From an uncultured virus (IMG/VR IMGVR_UViG_3300047319_001119) (lineage: Duplodnaviria > Heunggongvirae > Uroviricota > Caudoviricetes), in IMG/VR virus record IMGVR_UViG_3300047319_001119: DNA of 64,000 nucleotides, one strand, 5' to 3'. Each line of letters starts with the position of its first letter. Within the stretch, counting starts at the first letter, position 1. The notes beneath the pieces were generated by a model. That model made no database searches, was not told where the DNA came from, and saw nothing but the letters and a program-made list of their open reading frames with translations. The translations under genes and the position numbers were made by a program. Positions 30,001 to 37,253 of the stretch are shown piece after piece.

Positions 30001-33000
30001 CGCCCCTCATGTCTGGATGAGGATTTTCTGGAACGGCTTGGCGTATGGCGTCAAACAAGTCCACACCAGGAGCCTTCTGCACCGGAAAGATGAGGTTGAA
30101 TCCGGCCTTAAACAGTTCGTTGATCGTCGAAGCGTATTTCGTCTGTAACGCTTTTGTGGCTTCCGCGTCCCCGACAACATCAGGCACAACGATATAAAGC
30201 TGGCCCTGTCGCAGGCCGCGCTCTTGACCGGCAAGAGCGGCAATCTCGCGATAAGCGTGCAGAACGCGCTCCCACGGCACTTCAACCTTCTCGCCACGCA
30301 AATTGGCCTTGAATGCTTGGATAGCGCCGGAGTCCAGAAACACTTTACCGCCGCGCTGAACGTAATCCACGATCTTGCGCCTCACCGTTTGGGAAAGCGT
30401 TGTTCCCTCCTTGACGCTGGTGACAACCGTTGCCCCGAACGGCTTATTCGCCGCGATGCTGGCGTCAATATCCGCGATGCTCTTTTGCGCTCCCGAAAGA
30501 AACACAGTCGCCGGAGCAACTTCGGGCGCCTGTTCTTGCGTTTTGAGTCGTTCCTGCGCCGCTTCGAGATAATCGCCTTTTTCCAGTTGCCGCGTGCGCT
30601 CGTCGATAACGTTCTGAGCCATTTGCGCCGCGATAGCTGTCGGTTTGCCTTTCAACTGGTTCCGCGCCGATTTGAGGCTCGCTTCGACTTCGGCCTTGGT
30701 CATGTAGTCGAGTAGCGGCCTCGGCCAGCGTTTGGAGCGGATCGCTTTGTCTGGATCGAAGTCCTGCGGCTTGGGAACACGAACCTCAGCGTATGGCGAT
30801 CCCAACCGGTGCGCGCGTTGGAGCGGTTTGCCTTCGCGCTTGTTGATCGCCTGCGACAGAAGATACCGGCGCTTTGCCTTCGCCAGCTCGATCTCGTCAG
30901 CCACTTTATCGAACTGAGCTTCGAGTTGGCTGTGCCTCATCGCCTTCTCCTGATTGTACGGCTCGCTTATGGCAATATCATGGTCAGCGACCTTACCCGC
31001 CAGATCCCATAGCGTGTTTTCGTAGTCATCCCGCGTCTTGGGTTGCGTGTAAACGATCTTGCCCATCTTGCGCGCTTGTCGCTCCGCTCGGACTTCATCA
31101 GCGGTGTTGATCTGCTCGATCGAATCAACCTCGTCGAGAGTGATGGGAGAATGGTTCTTAACCTCGATCCATTTGAGGCCCGCGGAAATCTGCATGAGGC
31201 CGATGAAGGTTTCGCCCTTTGTCGTGATTTTCACGCGACTGCCAATCTCCGGCTCCGGCGCTTCCTCGATCGCGGGCGCCGTTTGCGCTTTTAACCCCTC
31301 GACGATCTTGGGCCAATCGTGCGTTCCGCGCAGGCTACCTTTGACCATCCCGAAAGCGTCCCACATTGCCTGCAAATACGGGTAGGAAGCTGGCGGCATA
31401 ACTTGCGCAAGTGCCTCGGGCGTAGTAACCCCGCTGCGCAGCATCGACTTCGCGGCTTTAACGAAAGCGTCCAGTTTCTCGTCGGGAATATCACGTTGCG
31501 CGAACGGCGCTGATGCCATGAGCGCCATTCGCGGCCTCGGACTTCGCATCGCGTCGTAGATCGCCTCAACGTGATGAGGCTTCATCGAGAACTCGCGGGC
31601 GACCTTCTCAACGCTCTGCCCTTTCTCGGTCAGCGCGTGATAGATCGCGTGCATCTTGAGCGTGTATTTCGGCTCCGGTTTTGGCTCAGACGCCATGAGG
31701 CCACTGAGGGCATCGCCCAAATCTTTCCGCGCCTGCTCATCCAGCGTGACCGGCTTAATCCCTTCGACCTTCTTCGGCTGACCAAGCGGAGTCATACCTT
31801 CCATCGCTGGCACCTGCGGAGTCACCGGCTTTTTCGGCGCTCGCCTCAATTCGAGTTGAGCATCCTCTTTCGCTCGCGCCCATCGCGCCCAATCGTCCGG
31901 TGGACTAATCCCTCGATCTTCCCAATGTTTCTCAAAGGCGTCCGCTAACTCGATAACCTTCGGCCAATCCTTCGCGTTCTGCGCCCTGGTCAACTGCGCC
32001 TTTTGTAACTGGTAGTGCGCCTGATCAGATTTCAGCCATTGCCCCTGCGGTACGCCACCACTGGGTCCAGCGGACTCTGGCTTTTCTTCTTCTTGGGCTT
32101 CACCTTCGCCGGTAGTCGGCCGGGGTTGTCGAAGTGGTGCGCCCTCGCCCACTTTTCCCCCTTCACCCCGAACGCCCACTCCCTCTGTGCTTGGCTTTTG
32201 GCTGGCATCTGTCACTCCTTTCGCGTGCCGCACGAGTGTTCGCGTGGCTTGTTCTAGTGCTAACTGCGTTGGAAAATCCTTCCGGATCAGACCGAGAACG
32301 ACCTGATGGTCCTTGGTAGGAAGCAAACCGTGCTGATTCATCCGGTCAGCGGCTATCCGGATCTGGCCCGCCATATCCTTGCGAGCGTTGCGCTTCATCG
32401 GCGGCAGATTGCCTTTGGAGTCCAGTTCCGGTATGCCTGCGATCGCCGCTTCCTTACTCCCGATCTTGGGCTTCGCTGGTGCTTCGGGCGCGGGCCGCGC
32501 GTTCAATTCTGCCAGCCGCGTTTCCGCTGCTTCGCGCGTCTTGAATCCGTATTCGCCGTAACCACCAGGCGTGAGGGAGTGTTCTCCCTGCACCACCGCC
32601 CACGTATCTTCCTGTTGCGGTGTGCGCGCCGGTCGCGTCTGAATGTGATACGGGCCTGCCGGTTCTTTCCCTGCCTCGGCCTTCTGCGGCAGACCGTAAG
32701 AATCGATCCAATCGTTCAGGTGTTTGAGTAGCGCATCGCGCTCGGGACTTGCCTTGAGTCCGTTCAGTCTATCAATCTCACGATTGACCTTCGTAACGTC
32801 ATCTTGCGTGGCCGTCGCCAAATCCGGCAACTTGGGCTTCGTGGCTTCCTCCTCGGCTTTGAGGTGCTCGGCTATAGCTTTTTCCTGTTCTGCCTTCGCT
32901 GCTCCGTAAGGCTCGGCCTCTGGTTGCTCCGGTTGCGGCTCCGAGGCTTGGAGAATTTTCTGGATATTGCTTTCCAACGCCTCGCTCTGAGGACCGGTGA

Positions 33001-36000
33001 TCGACGGCAGGACCGGACTAATGTCCCTGTGATGCGCTTCGGTGATCGTTTCGCCCGCGCGATGCTGCATCACCATGCGCTCGTACTCGAACCCGAGCGC
33101 CGCAGGGTTGGTTACGTCTGGATAAACCTGCCCGAGCGCCTTCTTCGTGTCGTCGTCGAGGTTGTTGTAGAACCCAGCGTAGTCAGGTTTGTCGCCTGAT
33201 TTCGACGCTTTGACCTGTAGCGCGTGCCAGTGTTCTTCCTGCGTGGAACTTGTTAGCCAGCCAGATCCGCTTCCGCCGTGTTCCTCGATCGTCGGAATGT
33301 GCGAGGCGGCTTTTTCAGTGTCGATGCTGACTTTGCCGCTGATCGGATCAGTCTGGAAACCGCTCGCTGAATCGTGCGGCTCGAACGCTACCAGCGTTCC
33401 CGCACGGTCTAACTGGTCTTTGTTTTGCTCGAGGAGCCGGTCGAGGTGCGCCCTGACTGCTTCCGGCTTGGAAAGGTCAGGGGCGTGACTAATGCCGGGT
33501 CGCTGACGGAGTGGTTTGAGAGCAGGTCGTGTATACTCGGGTCGAGCCGCGACTTCTCCCCCTGCCCCTTCTGTACCGGCTGCTGGAGCGGCTGTGCCTG
33601 CTGGGGTTGGGCTTTCTGCGGCTCCGGTTTCACTGGTTGGTGGTATTTTCTCCTGTCCAGCGATTGGAGCAAGCCCGAAATGACCGGCATTAATGTTCTT
33701 CCGGAGATCCTCGGTGTTTTGGATCAGCGGTTTGTTAAGCCTGCCCGACTCCGTTGATTGAAGGCTCGTCGAGTTATCGTCGGATCCCACGACCTTGTAC
33801 GGCGTCTGGCCGATGTGGATGATGTCGCCAAACTCGAAAGCACCAGAGCCAGTGGCTTTCTCCGCGTGTTTCTCTATGTGCGCGTCGAGAATGTCTTGGT
33901 AATTAGCGTGACCGCCGAACTGCTGCTTTAACGACCGGAGCAGATGCGGATCACTGTCGCGCGTAAGACGCCACAACCGATCCTCGGCCTCTTTGACCGA
34001 TTCACTCGGAGTGAACTCCTGCTTGGGCGGCTCGGGCTTGGGCAAGTCCGCAGTATCGACTGCCGTGTAGCCTGGTTTCGCGTGTTCTCCGTGCTCGACC
34101 TTGTGTTCTACATCGGCTGGAACGGATTCCCCACTGGCGGGCTTTGCGGTGGGGGCGGCGCCGGTATCGGCGCCTGCTGCGGCGGGACCGGTCCCTGTGC
34201 CGGTGGCACCGGCTGGCTTCTCGTCGGTGGTAAGACCGCCGAGGGCTTCGTCGAGGTCTTTTTGTGCTTGCTCGTCGAGTGTGGCGGGCTTTGGACCTGC
34301 TTGAGTGACCTCGGGGGCCGCGCCGCCTCCGGTTCCTCCATCGGGAAGCTGCGGCTGAGTTTCCGTGCCGCCTCCACGTGGGGGTTCGTCGGAAGGTGGT
34401 GTTTTTGGCTGTGTTTCTGTTCGTACATCTGGTCCTCCTGTGGTTGGTTTTTCTCCTTCTACTACTTTTGCTTTTGCCGGTTTCTCCGCTGGACCGCCAA
34501 ATTCAGGTGGAACAGGCGGCGGTTTCGGCCCTCCGGCTGGACCACCAAGGGACGGTGGAACCGGTGGCGGCGGGCCTGCCTGACGGTGAAGTGAATCAAG
34601 CGCCTGTTTCGCAGCTCGCGCTTTCGCTACCTGCTCAAAACCCTTGGATACGCCACCGAGTAAGCCGAATCCGAGCGCCTGCTCCGGCACGTTCTCGAAA
34701 AGGCCGGTTTCTGGATCGTATTGTTTGGTGACGATGTTCTGCGCGGTCTGAACACCGCCACCAACTGCCGCGTGAGTGAGAGCTTCCTTGCCTACGTCGA
34801 GAGCGCGTTGCGCCGGCGTCTTGAAAAGTTCCTGCCCGAGTCGCTTAATTCCCTCCATTGCCTCGGTCTTAACCGCCTGAGGCATAACGCCGATCCGCAC
34901 ACCTTCGGCAAGGTGCTGCAGGTACGCGTTGAATCCTTCGCGGCCAACCAATCGCTCGCCGTTGACGACAACGCCGTCGGTGAATGACTTAACGACCGCT
35001 TCCGCGATCACCTTGGATGAAGTACCGCCAAAAACGCCTTTGAGCGCCGCGCCGACACCCTTAAACGGCAGACCGAGGATGCCGTTGATCGCGCCGCTGG
35101 CGAGCCCGAGCGCCTGCGCCTTCTCGTCGGACACTCCTCGAGCCTTCGCGCCTTCGTAGGTGTTGTTAAATCCGCTCGAAAAGAGCGTCGACACCGTGAG
35201 CGGGACGCCAACCTCGGGCGCGAGCAGGCTGGTCGCCACATACGGGACCGCTCCACCGATAAAATTGCCGACTTTAGCTCCAACCGTGTCTTTCAACCGG
35301 TCATCGAGTTCGGTTATCTCGTGGCCGGTAATCTTTTTGGCGATCAGCGCGCCGGGAGTAGACCGGATAGAGGACAAAATCGCGTCGTGCGCCAAATCGC
35401 CGGTCTTGTTGGCCAGTTTGTCGTCGGTCGATTGGTCAAAGCCAACGACCTGCTTGGCAATACCGAGCGGTGAGTAACGATTTGCGACCTTGATACCACC
35501 TTGAATGACGTCGCGCACACCGTTGGCGAGGCCGTTCGCCATTCTTGCGGCAAAATCCCGATATTCGTCAGCCGCCGTGGGATTACTTTCTTGGAGCGCG
35601 TCAGCCTTGGCGTTAGCGTCCTGAATGTCATGCGCAGTTGCGACAGCCGCTGGCGCGGCGTGAGCGGGAAGCGTCCCATCCTGCGCGGATTGCCTGAGCG
35701 CCTCAGGAGTCAGGTTCGTCTGATCCTCTGGCGGTCCCATTTCGTGATGATGTTCCTCCGCGAAAGCGTCAGCCGACTTAGGCCCAGCGAAAATGCCAAG
35801 GTGCTGGCCGGTTTTCTCGTACTGCTGAATGGCCTCGTCCTTACTCATTTCGTGACCGTCATCAGCGATCGAGGGAAGCAGGACTTCGCCCTTGGCCGTG
35901 CCAATCGAGAAGGATTTGACCGTGCTGGTCGTGCCGTCAGGGTTCTGGACAACCGGCCTCGTGTTGTAGTCGATGTTGCCGCGTTCCAGCATACCTGGTG

Positions 36001-37252
36001 CCTGCTCCGGCCCGAAATTGGGCTGGACTTGCGGCGCCTGCTGCGCCGGTTGCGCCGCTCCTTCTGGTGCAGCGCCACCCTGCGGTTGATCGAGCGGCCC
36101 AGCCTGCCCGCGCCCGTGCGCGATCAGGGTTTCCATTTCCTGCCTGCGCGTTTCACGGTCCTGCTGGATCGATTCGCCTAGCGCCCGCTGCTTGTCCTTC
36201 AGGTCGAACAGACCGTTGGCGGTATCCATCGCCGCGGCCTTGCGCTTGTCTATGTCATCCCGAAGCGCCTGCGCCGAGGGAGCAAGATCTTTACTGAACC
36301 AGCCATTGGTTTCGTTCGCTTCCGGTGCGCCGTACTCAGTGTTGAAGTGATCGTCGACGGCCTTTAACACCGTCGCGCGGTCGGCGCCGGCCAATTTCGG
36401 ATCTTGCAGCGTGGGAACCGAGGCGATGAGTTCTTTCCTCATCAGGTCGTGTTCCTTGTTCCCAGCCACGTAATCGGCGTGATCTATCGAGAGCTTTTGG
36501 CCGATTAACTTCGATTCCTGCGCGACGGCCTTGTCTTTGGCCTCCTGCATCCGCTGGCTCTTGATGCCCTCGTCGGTGCCGGTCCATTTCCACGGAAGCC
36601 CCGGCGCGACCTGATACTGGTCGCCGGTCTTGGGATCGGTGCGAGTTGGAAGATTGGCAAATGGATCGCTTGTTTTGGGCGGGCCAGCCGGTCCGTAGGT
36701 GAGCTTCTTGGGTTGCCCCTCTGAATCGTAGGCAATCCCGTGCGACTTATCCAAGCTCGTCAGCGGAGCGCCCTTTTCGTCAGTGGCTATGTTCACCCCA
36801 CCACTCGAATCACGGTAAGTAGGGATTCCACGCGCAGCGAGATCGCTCGCCTTGAAGCGGTTCTGTTGTTGATTCTGCCGTTCTACCGCTGCGGCCGCAC
36901 GAGCTGCGTTGACTTCCGCGCGACGCTGGAGATCTACCCCTTTGGATTCGGCTAGTAACTCGCGTTGCTGATTGCGCAGTCCCTCGATCCAGTACCTCGG
37001 ATGCGAACCTTCCTGAGTCTTTTGAAGTTGCGCCACTCGCTGCTGGATCGCAATCTGGCGCTGATCGTAACCGCTGGTGTCAGGAATAGGAGCCGCTGGC
37101 TCGGGCGCAGCGTCCTGTTGCGCCTCGAACCCGCCATACATCGGTTGCTGCGGCGCAGGTTCCGGCGCGAACTGCTGCTCTGGTGGTGGTGGCGGGGGCG
37201 GTTCTTCTACCTGCGTCCCGTAGTCGCCTACCTCATCGAGTGGACTCGCCAT
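21080..37252 (-). CDS. giant DarB-like polyvalent (probably virion-ejected) protein: zincin-like, TGT/DpdA-like, N6-adenine MTase and strawberry-notch helicase domains
   Basis: ~5390 aa from MASPLD at 37252. MTase: QAYSTP, EPTAGNGML, NPPFG. SNO helicase: LGDQGGIGKGR, ILDESH, SSATYAKRP, STGISLHS, RIDRTGQ. TGT-like: FLDSGA, PDVVGD, HLLG. Zincin-like: EEHWH. Confidence 0.88.
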   Translation of the reverse strand: MASPLDEVGDYGTQVEEPPPPPPPEQQFAPEPAPQQPMYGGFEAQQDAAPEPAAPIPDTSGYDQRQIAIQQRVAQLQKTQEGSHPRYWIEGLRNQQRELLAESKGVDLQRRAEVNAARAAAAVERQNQQQNRFKASDLAARGIPTYRDSSGGVNIATDEKGAPLTSLDKSHGIAYDSEGQPKKLTYGPAGPPKTSDPFANLPTRTDPKTGDQYQVAPGLPWKWTGTDEGIKSQRMQEAKDKAVAQESKLIGQKLSIDHADYVAGNKEHDLMRKELIASVPTLQDPKLAGADRATVLKAVDDHFNTEYGAPEANETNGWFSKDLAPSAQALRDDIDKRKAAAMDTANGLFDLKDKQRALGESIQQDRETRRQEMETLIAHGRGQAGPLDQPQGGAAPEGAAQPAQQAPQVQPNFGPEQAPGMLERGNIDYNTRPVVQNPDGTTSTVKSFSIGTAKGEVLLPSIADDGHEMSKDEAIQQYEKTGQHLGIFAGPKSADAFAEEHHHEMGPPEDQTNLTPEALRQSAQDGTLPAHAAPAAVATAHDIQDANAKADALQESNPTAADEYRDFAARMANGLANGVRDVIQGGIKVANRYSPLGIAKQVVGFDQSTDDKLANKTGDLAHDAILSSIRSTPGALIAKKITGHEITELDDRLKDTVGAKVGNFIGGAVPYVATSLLAPEVGVPLTVSTLFSSGFNNTYEGAKARGVSDEKAQALGLASGAINGILGLPFKGVGAALKGVFGGTSSKVIAEAVVKSFTDGVVVNGERLVGREGFNAYLQHLAEGVRIGVMPQAVKTEAMEGIKRLGQELFKTPAQRALDVGKEALTHAAVGGGVQTAQNIVTKQYDPETGLFENVPEQALGFGLLGGVSKGFEQVAKARAAKQALDSLHRQAGPPPPVPPSLGGPAGGPKPPPVPPEFGGPAEKPAKAKVVEGEKPTTGGPDVRTETQPKTPPSDEPPRGGGTETQPQLPDGGTGGGAAPEVTQAGPKPATLDEQAQKDLDEALGGLTTDEKPAGATGTGTGPAAAGADTGAAPTAKPASGESVPADVEHKVEHGEHAKPGYTAVDTADLPKPEPPKQEFTPSESVKEAEDRLWRLTRDSDPHLLRSLKQQFGGHANYQDILDAHIEKHAEKATGSGAFEFGDIIHIGQTPYKVVGSDDNSTSLQSTESGRLNKPLIQNTEDLRKNINAGHFGLAPIAGQEKIPPTSETGAAESPTPAGTAAPAAGTEGAGGEVAARPEYTRPALKPLRQRPGISHAPDLSKPEAVRAHLDRLLEQNKDQLDRAGTLVAFEPHDSASGFQTDPISGKVSIDTEKAASHIPTIEEHGGSGSGWLTSSTQEEHWHALQVKASKSGDKPDYAGFYNNLDDDTKKALGQVYPDVTNPAALGFEYERMVMQHRAGETITEAHHRDISPVLPSITGPQSEALESNIQKILQASEPQPEQPEAEPYGAAKAEQEKAIAEHLKAEEEATKPKLPDLATATQDDVTKVNREIDRLNGLKASPERDALLKHLNDWIDSYGLPQKAEAGKEPAGPYHIQTRPARTPQQEDTWAVVQGEHSLTPGGYGEYGFKTREAAETRLAELNARPAPEAPAKPKIGSKEAAIAGIPELDSKGNLPPMKRNARKDMAGQIRIAADRMNQHGLLPTKDHQVVLGLIRKDFPTQLALEQATRTLVRHAKGVTDASQKPSTEGVGVRGEGGKVGEGAPLRQPRPTTGEGEAQEEEKPESAGPSGGVPQGQWLKSDQAHYQLQKAQLTRAQNAKDWPKVIELADAFEKHWEDRGISPPDDWARWARAKEDAQLELRRAPKKPVTPQVPAMEGMTPLGQPKKVEGIKPVTLDEQARKDLGDALSGLMASEPKPEPKYTLKMHAIYHALTEKGQSVEKVAREFSMKPHHVEAIYDAMRSPRPRMALMASAPFAQRDIPDEKLDAFVKAAKSMLRSGVTTPEALAQVMPPASYPYLQAMWDAFGMVKGSLRGTHDWPKIVEGLKAQTAPAIEEAPEPEIGSRVKITTKGETFIGLMQISAGLKWIEVKNHSPITLDEVDSIEQINTADEVRAERQARKMGKIVYTQPKTRDDYENTLWDLAGKVADHDIAISEPYNQEKAMRHSQLEAQFDKVADEIELAKAKRRYLLSQAINKREGKPLQRAHRLGSPYAEVRVPKPQDFDPDKAIRSKRWPRPLLDYMTKAEVEASLKSARNQLKGKPTAIAAQMAQNVIDERTRQLEKGDYLEAAQERLKTQEQAPEVAPATVFLSGAQKSIADIDASIAANKPFGATVVTSVKEGTTLSQTVRRKIVDYVQRGGKVFLDSGAIQAFKANLRGEKVEVPWERVLHAYREIAALAGQERGLRQGQLYIVVPDVVGDAEATKALQTKYASTINELFKAGFNLIFPVQKAPGVDLFDAIRQAVPENPHPDMRGEVIVGIPFNAKAWTKAEVLAWLDRQKGRKLAIGVHLLGGGEADVNWFKEEAAKRDVSFREITGDTSTTEQNRVRKYGEKPKKKETNKEISERTGFPLDLVERTMGPDANMPQDEFIQRLKTKLVDIFKVDQGLGHVTGTWFDAGLSKGYKDKGGGYSYKSGEAYISARGITITAPVDSIRAGNPQFTVTVEGKTEKPAKAKTVGSWKAEIDDGSGYTSNGLRFAEQWEAAASGSTIFNRWMGAKEMRVVESDEPPTHTWNKETGHAESIIGAEVGGAMPKGHEEVRSAVATKLLIGQKFPRTELTELAEKHGLTAKQADEAAEAGIVQAATDMQASRRNATPQEIFDRLVEMYNNQPNLTARTATSKLDQAYSTPVPLAYVASQLADIKGGKKIYEPTAGNGMLLIEADSSSQQVFANELNDQRAAELMSQKIKVVTMKDASEWHPNIKADREAMNPPFGTVQEDGKTKTFIVDGVQTTQIDHAIVLESLKSLADDGRAVLIVGGPGTNTGAVMQDLKARREWYAQGQRGAFWKRLYAAYGVIDHFTVDGELYKKQGAGWPVDVVLIRGRGESPIQLPSANAPRILTSWDDLKNELARTDAERITAGTLTPEQAAGQVSGALGAIRKLRKPSEGSERPQHGEPPVPGLGSGGSVTGAPPTAGKLPVPAPRGGSEAGGTTAAGSTGGEGVREPTGEHEQRGRLDKAQEDLNDLLGGLMASEPFPEPLVQKDMPDEKTTALLKAARSMIAAGVTTPEKLAEMVPPAAHQYLQAIWDAMGMVKKDLRATHDWPKIVAGIKPSKPPELDPSAKLGSQGKDFPEPAPQYRVPYKPTSKHNSFQILTPTNLESPQREALNKLFFEENIDNYVMRKIGYSDKEAKAFKELYFSAEQIDALGLAIKAAETHPDPLAFILGDQGGIGKGRVAAGMMLYAMQRGWIPVFFTKDVKLYAAMINDLYDVGRGHLVPLITNNNEKFEDDQGRIWRTKKQKPLIEGVRDTKALPKEYQMIFTSYDQIQNDLPAGYTQPSRQIRAQMKRQRQPPPDGSRMEMLRAIAPNAMFILDESHLASGDSIRAWRLSPLLAASKAAYYSSATYAKRPDNIGIYFKTTLSRAAHTMQDLTDAMQQGGVPLQQAVSSMLSDDGLYMRRERDFGKSTYRTHINVETKDRDRELADTYTSGLRRILGLSNDIKDLVDALNEILRHTGTQLGLPSAPRLSSTNFAAIIHNLVSQYLLSIKSKAAVERALYHIDGGPPPEDGTDPNRQKRRVVVTVQNTMESAIEALEQGNYPISFNGLLMRYLDRQRTLTSGKGPTATTFYISDKPNEELAQFSDRSLEGMMMTAETAPDGTRVPVWNKPVIEEYFRRRANALILVVKEFLETLDLGDMPISPIDYMRDAMEDAGIRTVELTGRGKGVRKDGSIYSISGAENSKKAQIEYMKEFNFRDAQFLIMNSSGSTGISLHSSIKFKNQEQRAMLIVQPHLAIDDFMQSLWRIDRTGQQQPPFFEVIQTDIPAELRPAAVLERKMASLNANTTSNAKNEMKKQDSDIFNQYGDEVVWRYLAQDMDFARMLDYDSLLFDRRGNLRPLEALDIADGELVARVTGRLAILPTAQGEAFWDYVNREYEVLITYLTENGLNALIASHEDLKAETLDTSEYTAGNPNPTSAFDGPSTLERVKAEMGKMPRSGNDVLLEAGRVLREEATALQAQWRTKAREFMQAEADRRVTLEAENLTPAEEEAAKAFPSKEDYVRSLRGDDDKLKNWRERMRNAQQMIDNSLRLLGETVHIHNTRGLDVHGAVVEAKLDLDAPLTPSKQKFTVWVNSNQRQIHMAATQLSEDARTFPREHFVEAYEENAQRSNEFYIITGNLLAASVNMGQVQNARIITYTDNKGNVKQGYLMPANWNPRTASGLEAVTDHQHFRQLLDDGKTVVSRNQKVSFLRRSPGVYEMRVPAGRAVGLAFWGDQRLRNLMNDRNFEQKGSNFVAKFGSNALSQVFSRVTGADPDLATPLFFNRPVTPGGNPQGPLMASQPNNPRAVKAAAYKDSSGKVHEGGFLEPHWKISERLGRDLLTEKGMGFVTNEGEFLTRRQAWKRGQEEGQLGKGPVLALESRDIEYGPLFGPIMASTPAFARDYWNEDVRPLVKNVKATAGEILNTVAKVLTPTYGVNKDILDKVHGLMGDRNQVAYIVDRTGEAFEKMFNSMHRTELITFVDRVKEGNPQPTPELQEAADFIRKVDTASWEALTDAAVAAGMKNNPVAWLENHYRVMWKTIPNHPDTEGRRGGRSPLRGSRGMAKQHTLANMSEGIDAGGIPFSYNPIVNLKMALADIWKYTTALKLWAWAKDNGHATFVRGAFPKLPSGMSWLEDSIADVWFPAESGEGLVHGGKYAMDEGFGRLLNNFLSRDLIRQTKTGRGLMWIKNATTSVELMFSLFHGVFETLETVASNVGLGLSQMYNRGMIGGDTSGLVQGMVNIIKSPATPITVANLGSRFREMAGKADEFFDTPEGKAFLKVHPDAREMIGYLFSGGWKPNEVEADWKNQSVRAFMDSLKDLKEGNSKNYVGAGLRAAPAAAEFMMGPLFDRFIPNLKVGQFVTEMREALRQNWLRYNGKQGYYVDRQGRRYDRPSDTEVARKVWRLIEDRFGELNYDTLFWNQTFKAAMQLMFRSVTWKFGSIEAFGRAAAGQGKEFIDAFKERRAPQLHRNMAWLFGIFLLTAAIGIVISKALGRHTPKNLTDVVFPRIDPNDSSVRVSIPTYFKDLVHLVHSPTGYVKASLAGWIGRVAEMLSNKDYYGVQIRDTDAPATKQALQMGKHAAESLLPFSVRGYKNLSANQENTIRKVGALFGVNPAPRYIGQTPAEQQVEKYWKGQRTEEGIKPEQFEIQKGKRELVSKLRHGQSVNIPEALKKGTLKPKDIPALYKRAQMGALASGIDKMSLEDAEKVYAKANVSEKRELAGILARKRANALRRSGRTMYTGF

Positions 37253-37253
37253 G

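Noticed and set aside
21080..37252. N4-type virion RNA polymerase
   Set aside because: Despite the N4-like capsid and the protein's size, I could not find T7-like or double-psi-barrel RNAP catalytic motifs; the recognisable domains are MTase, helicase and TGT-like
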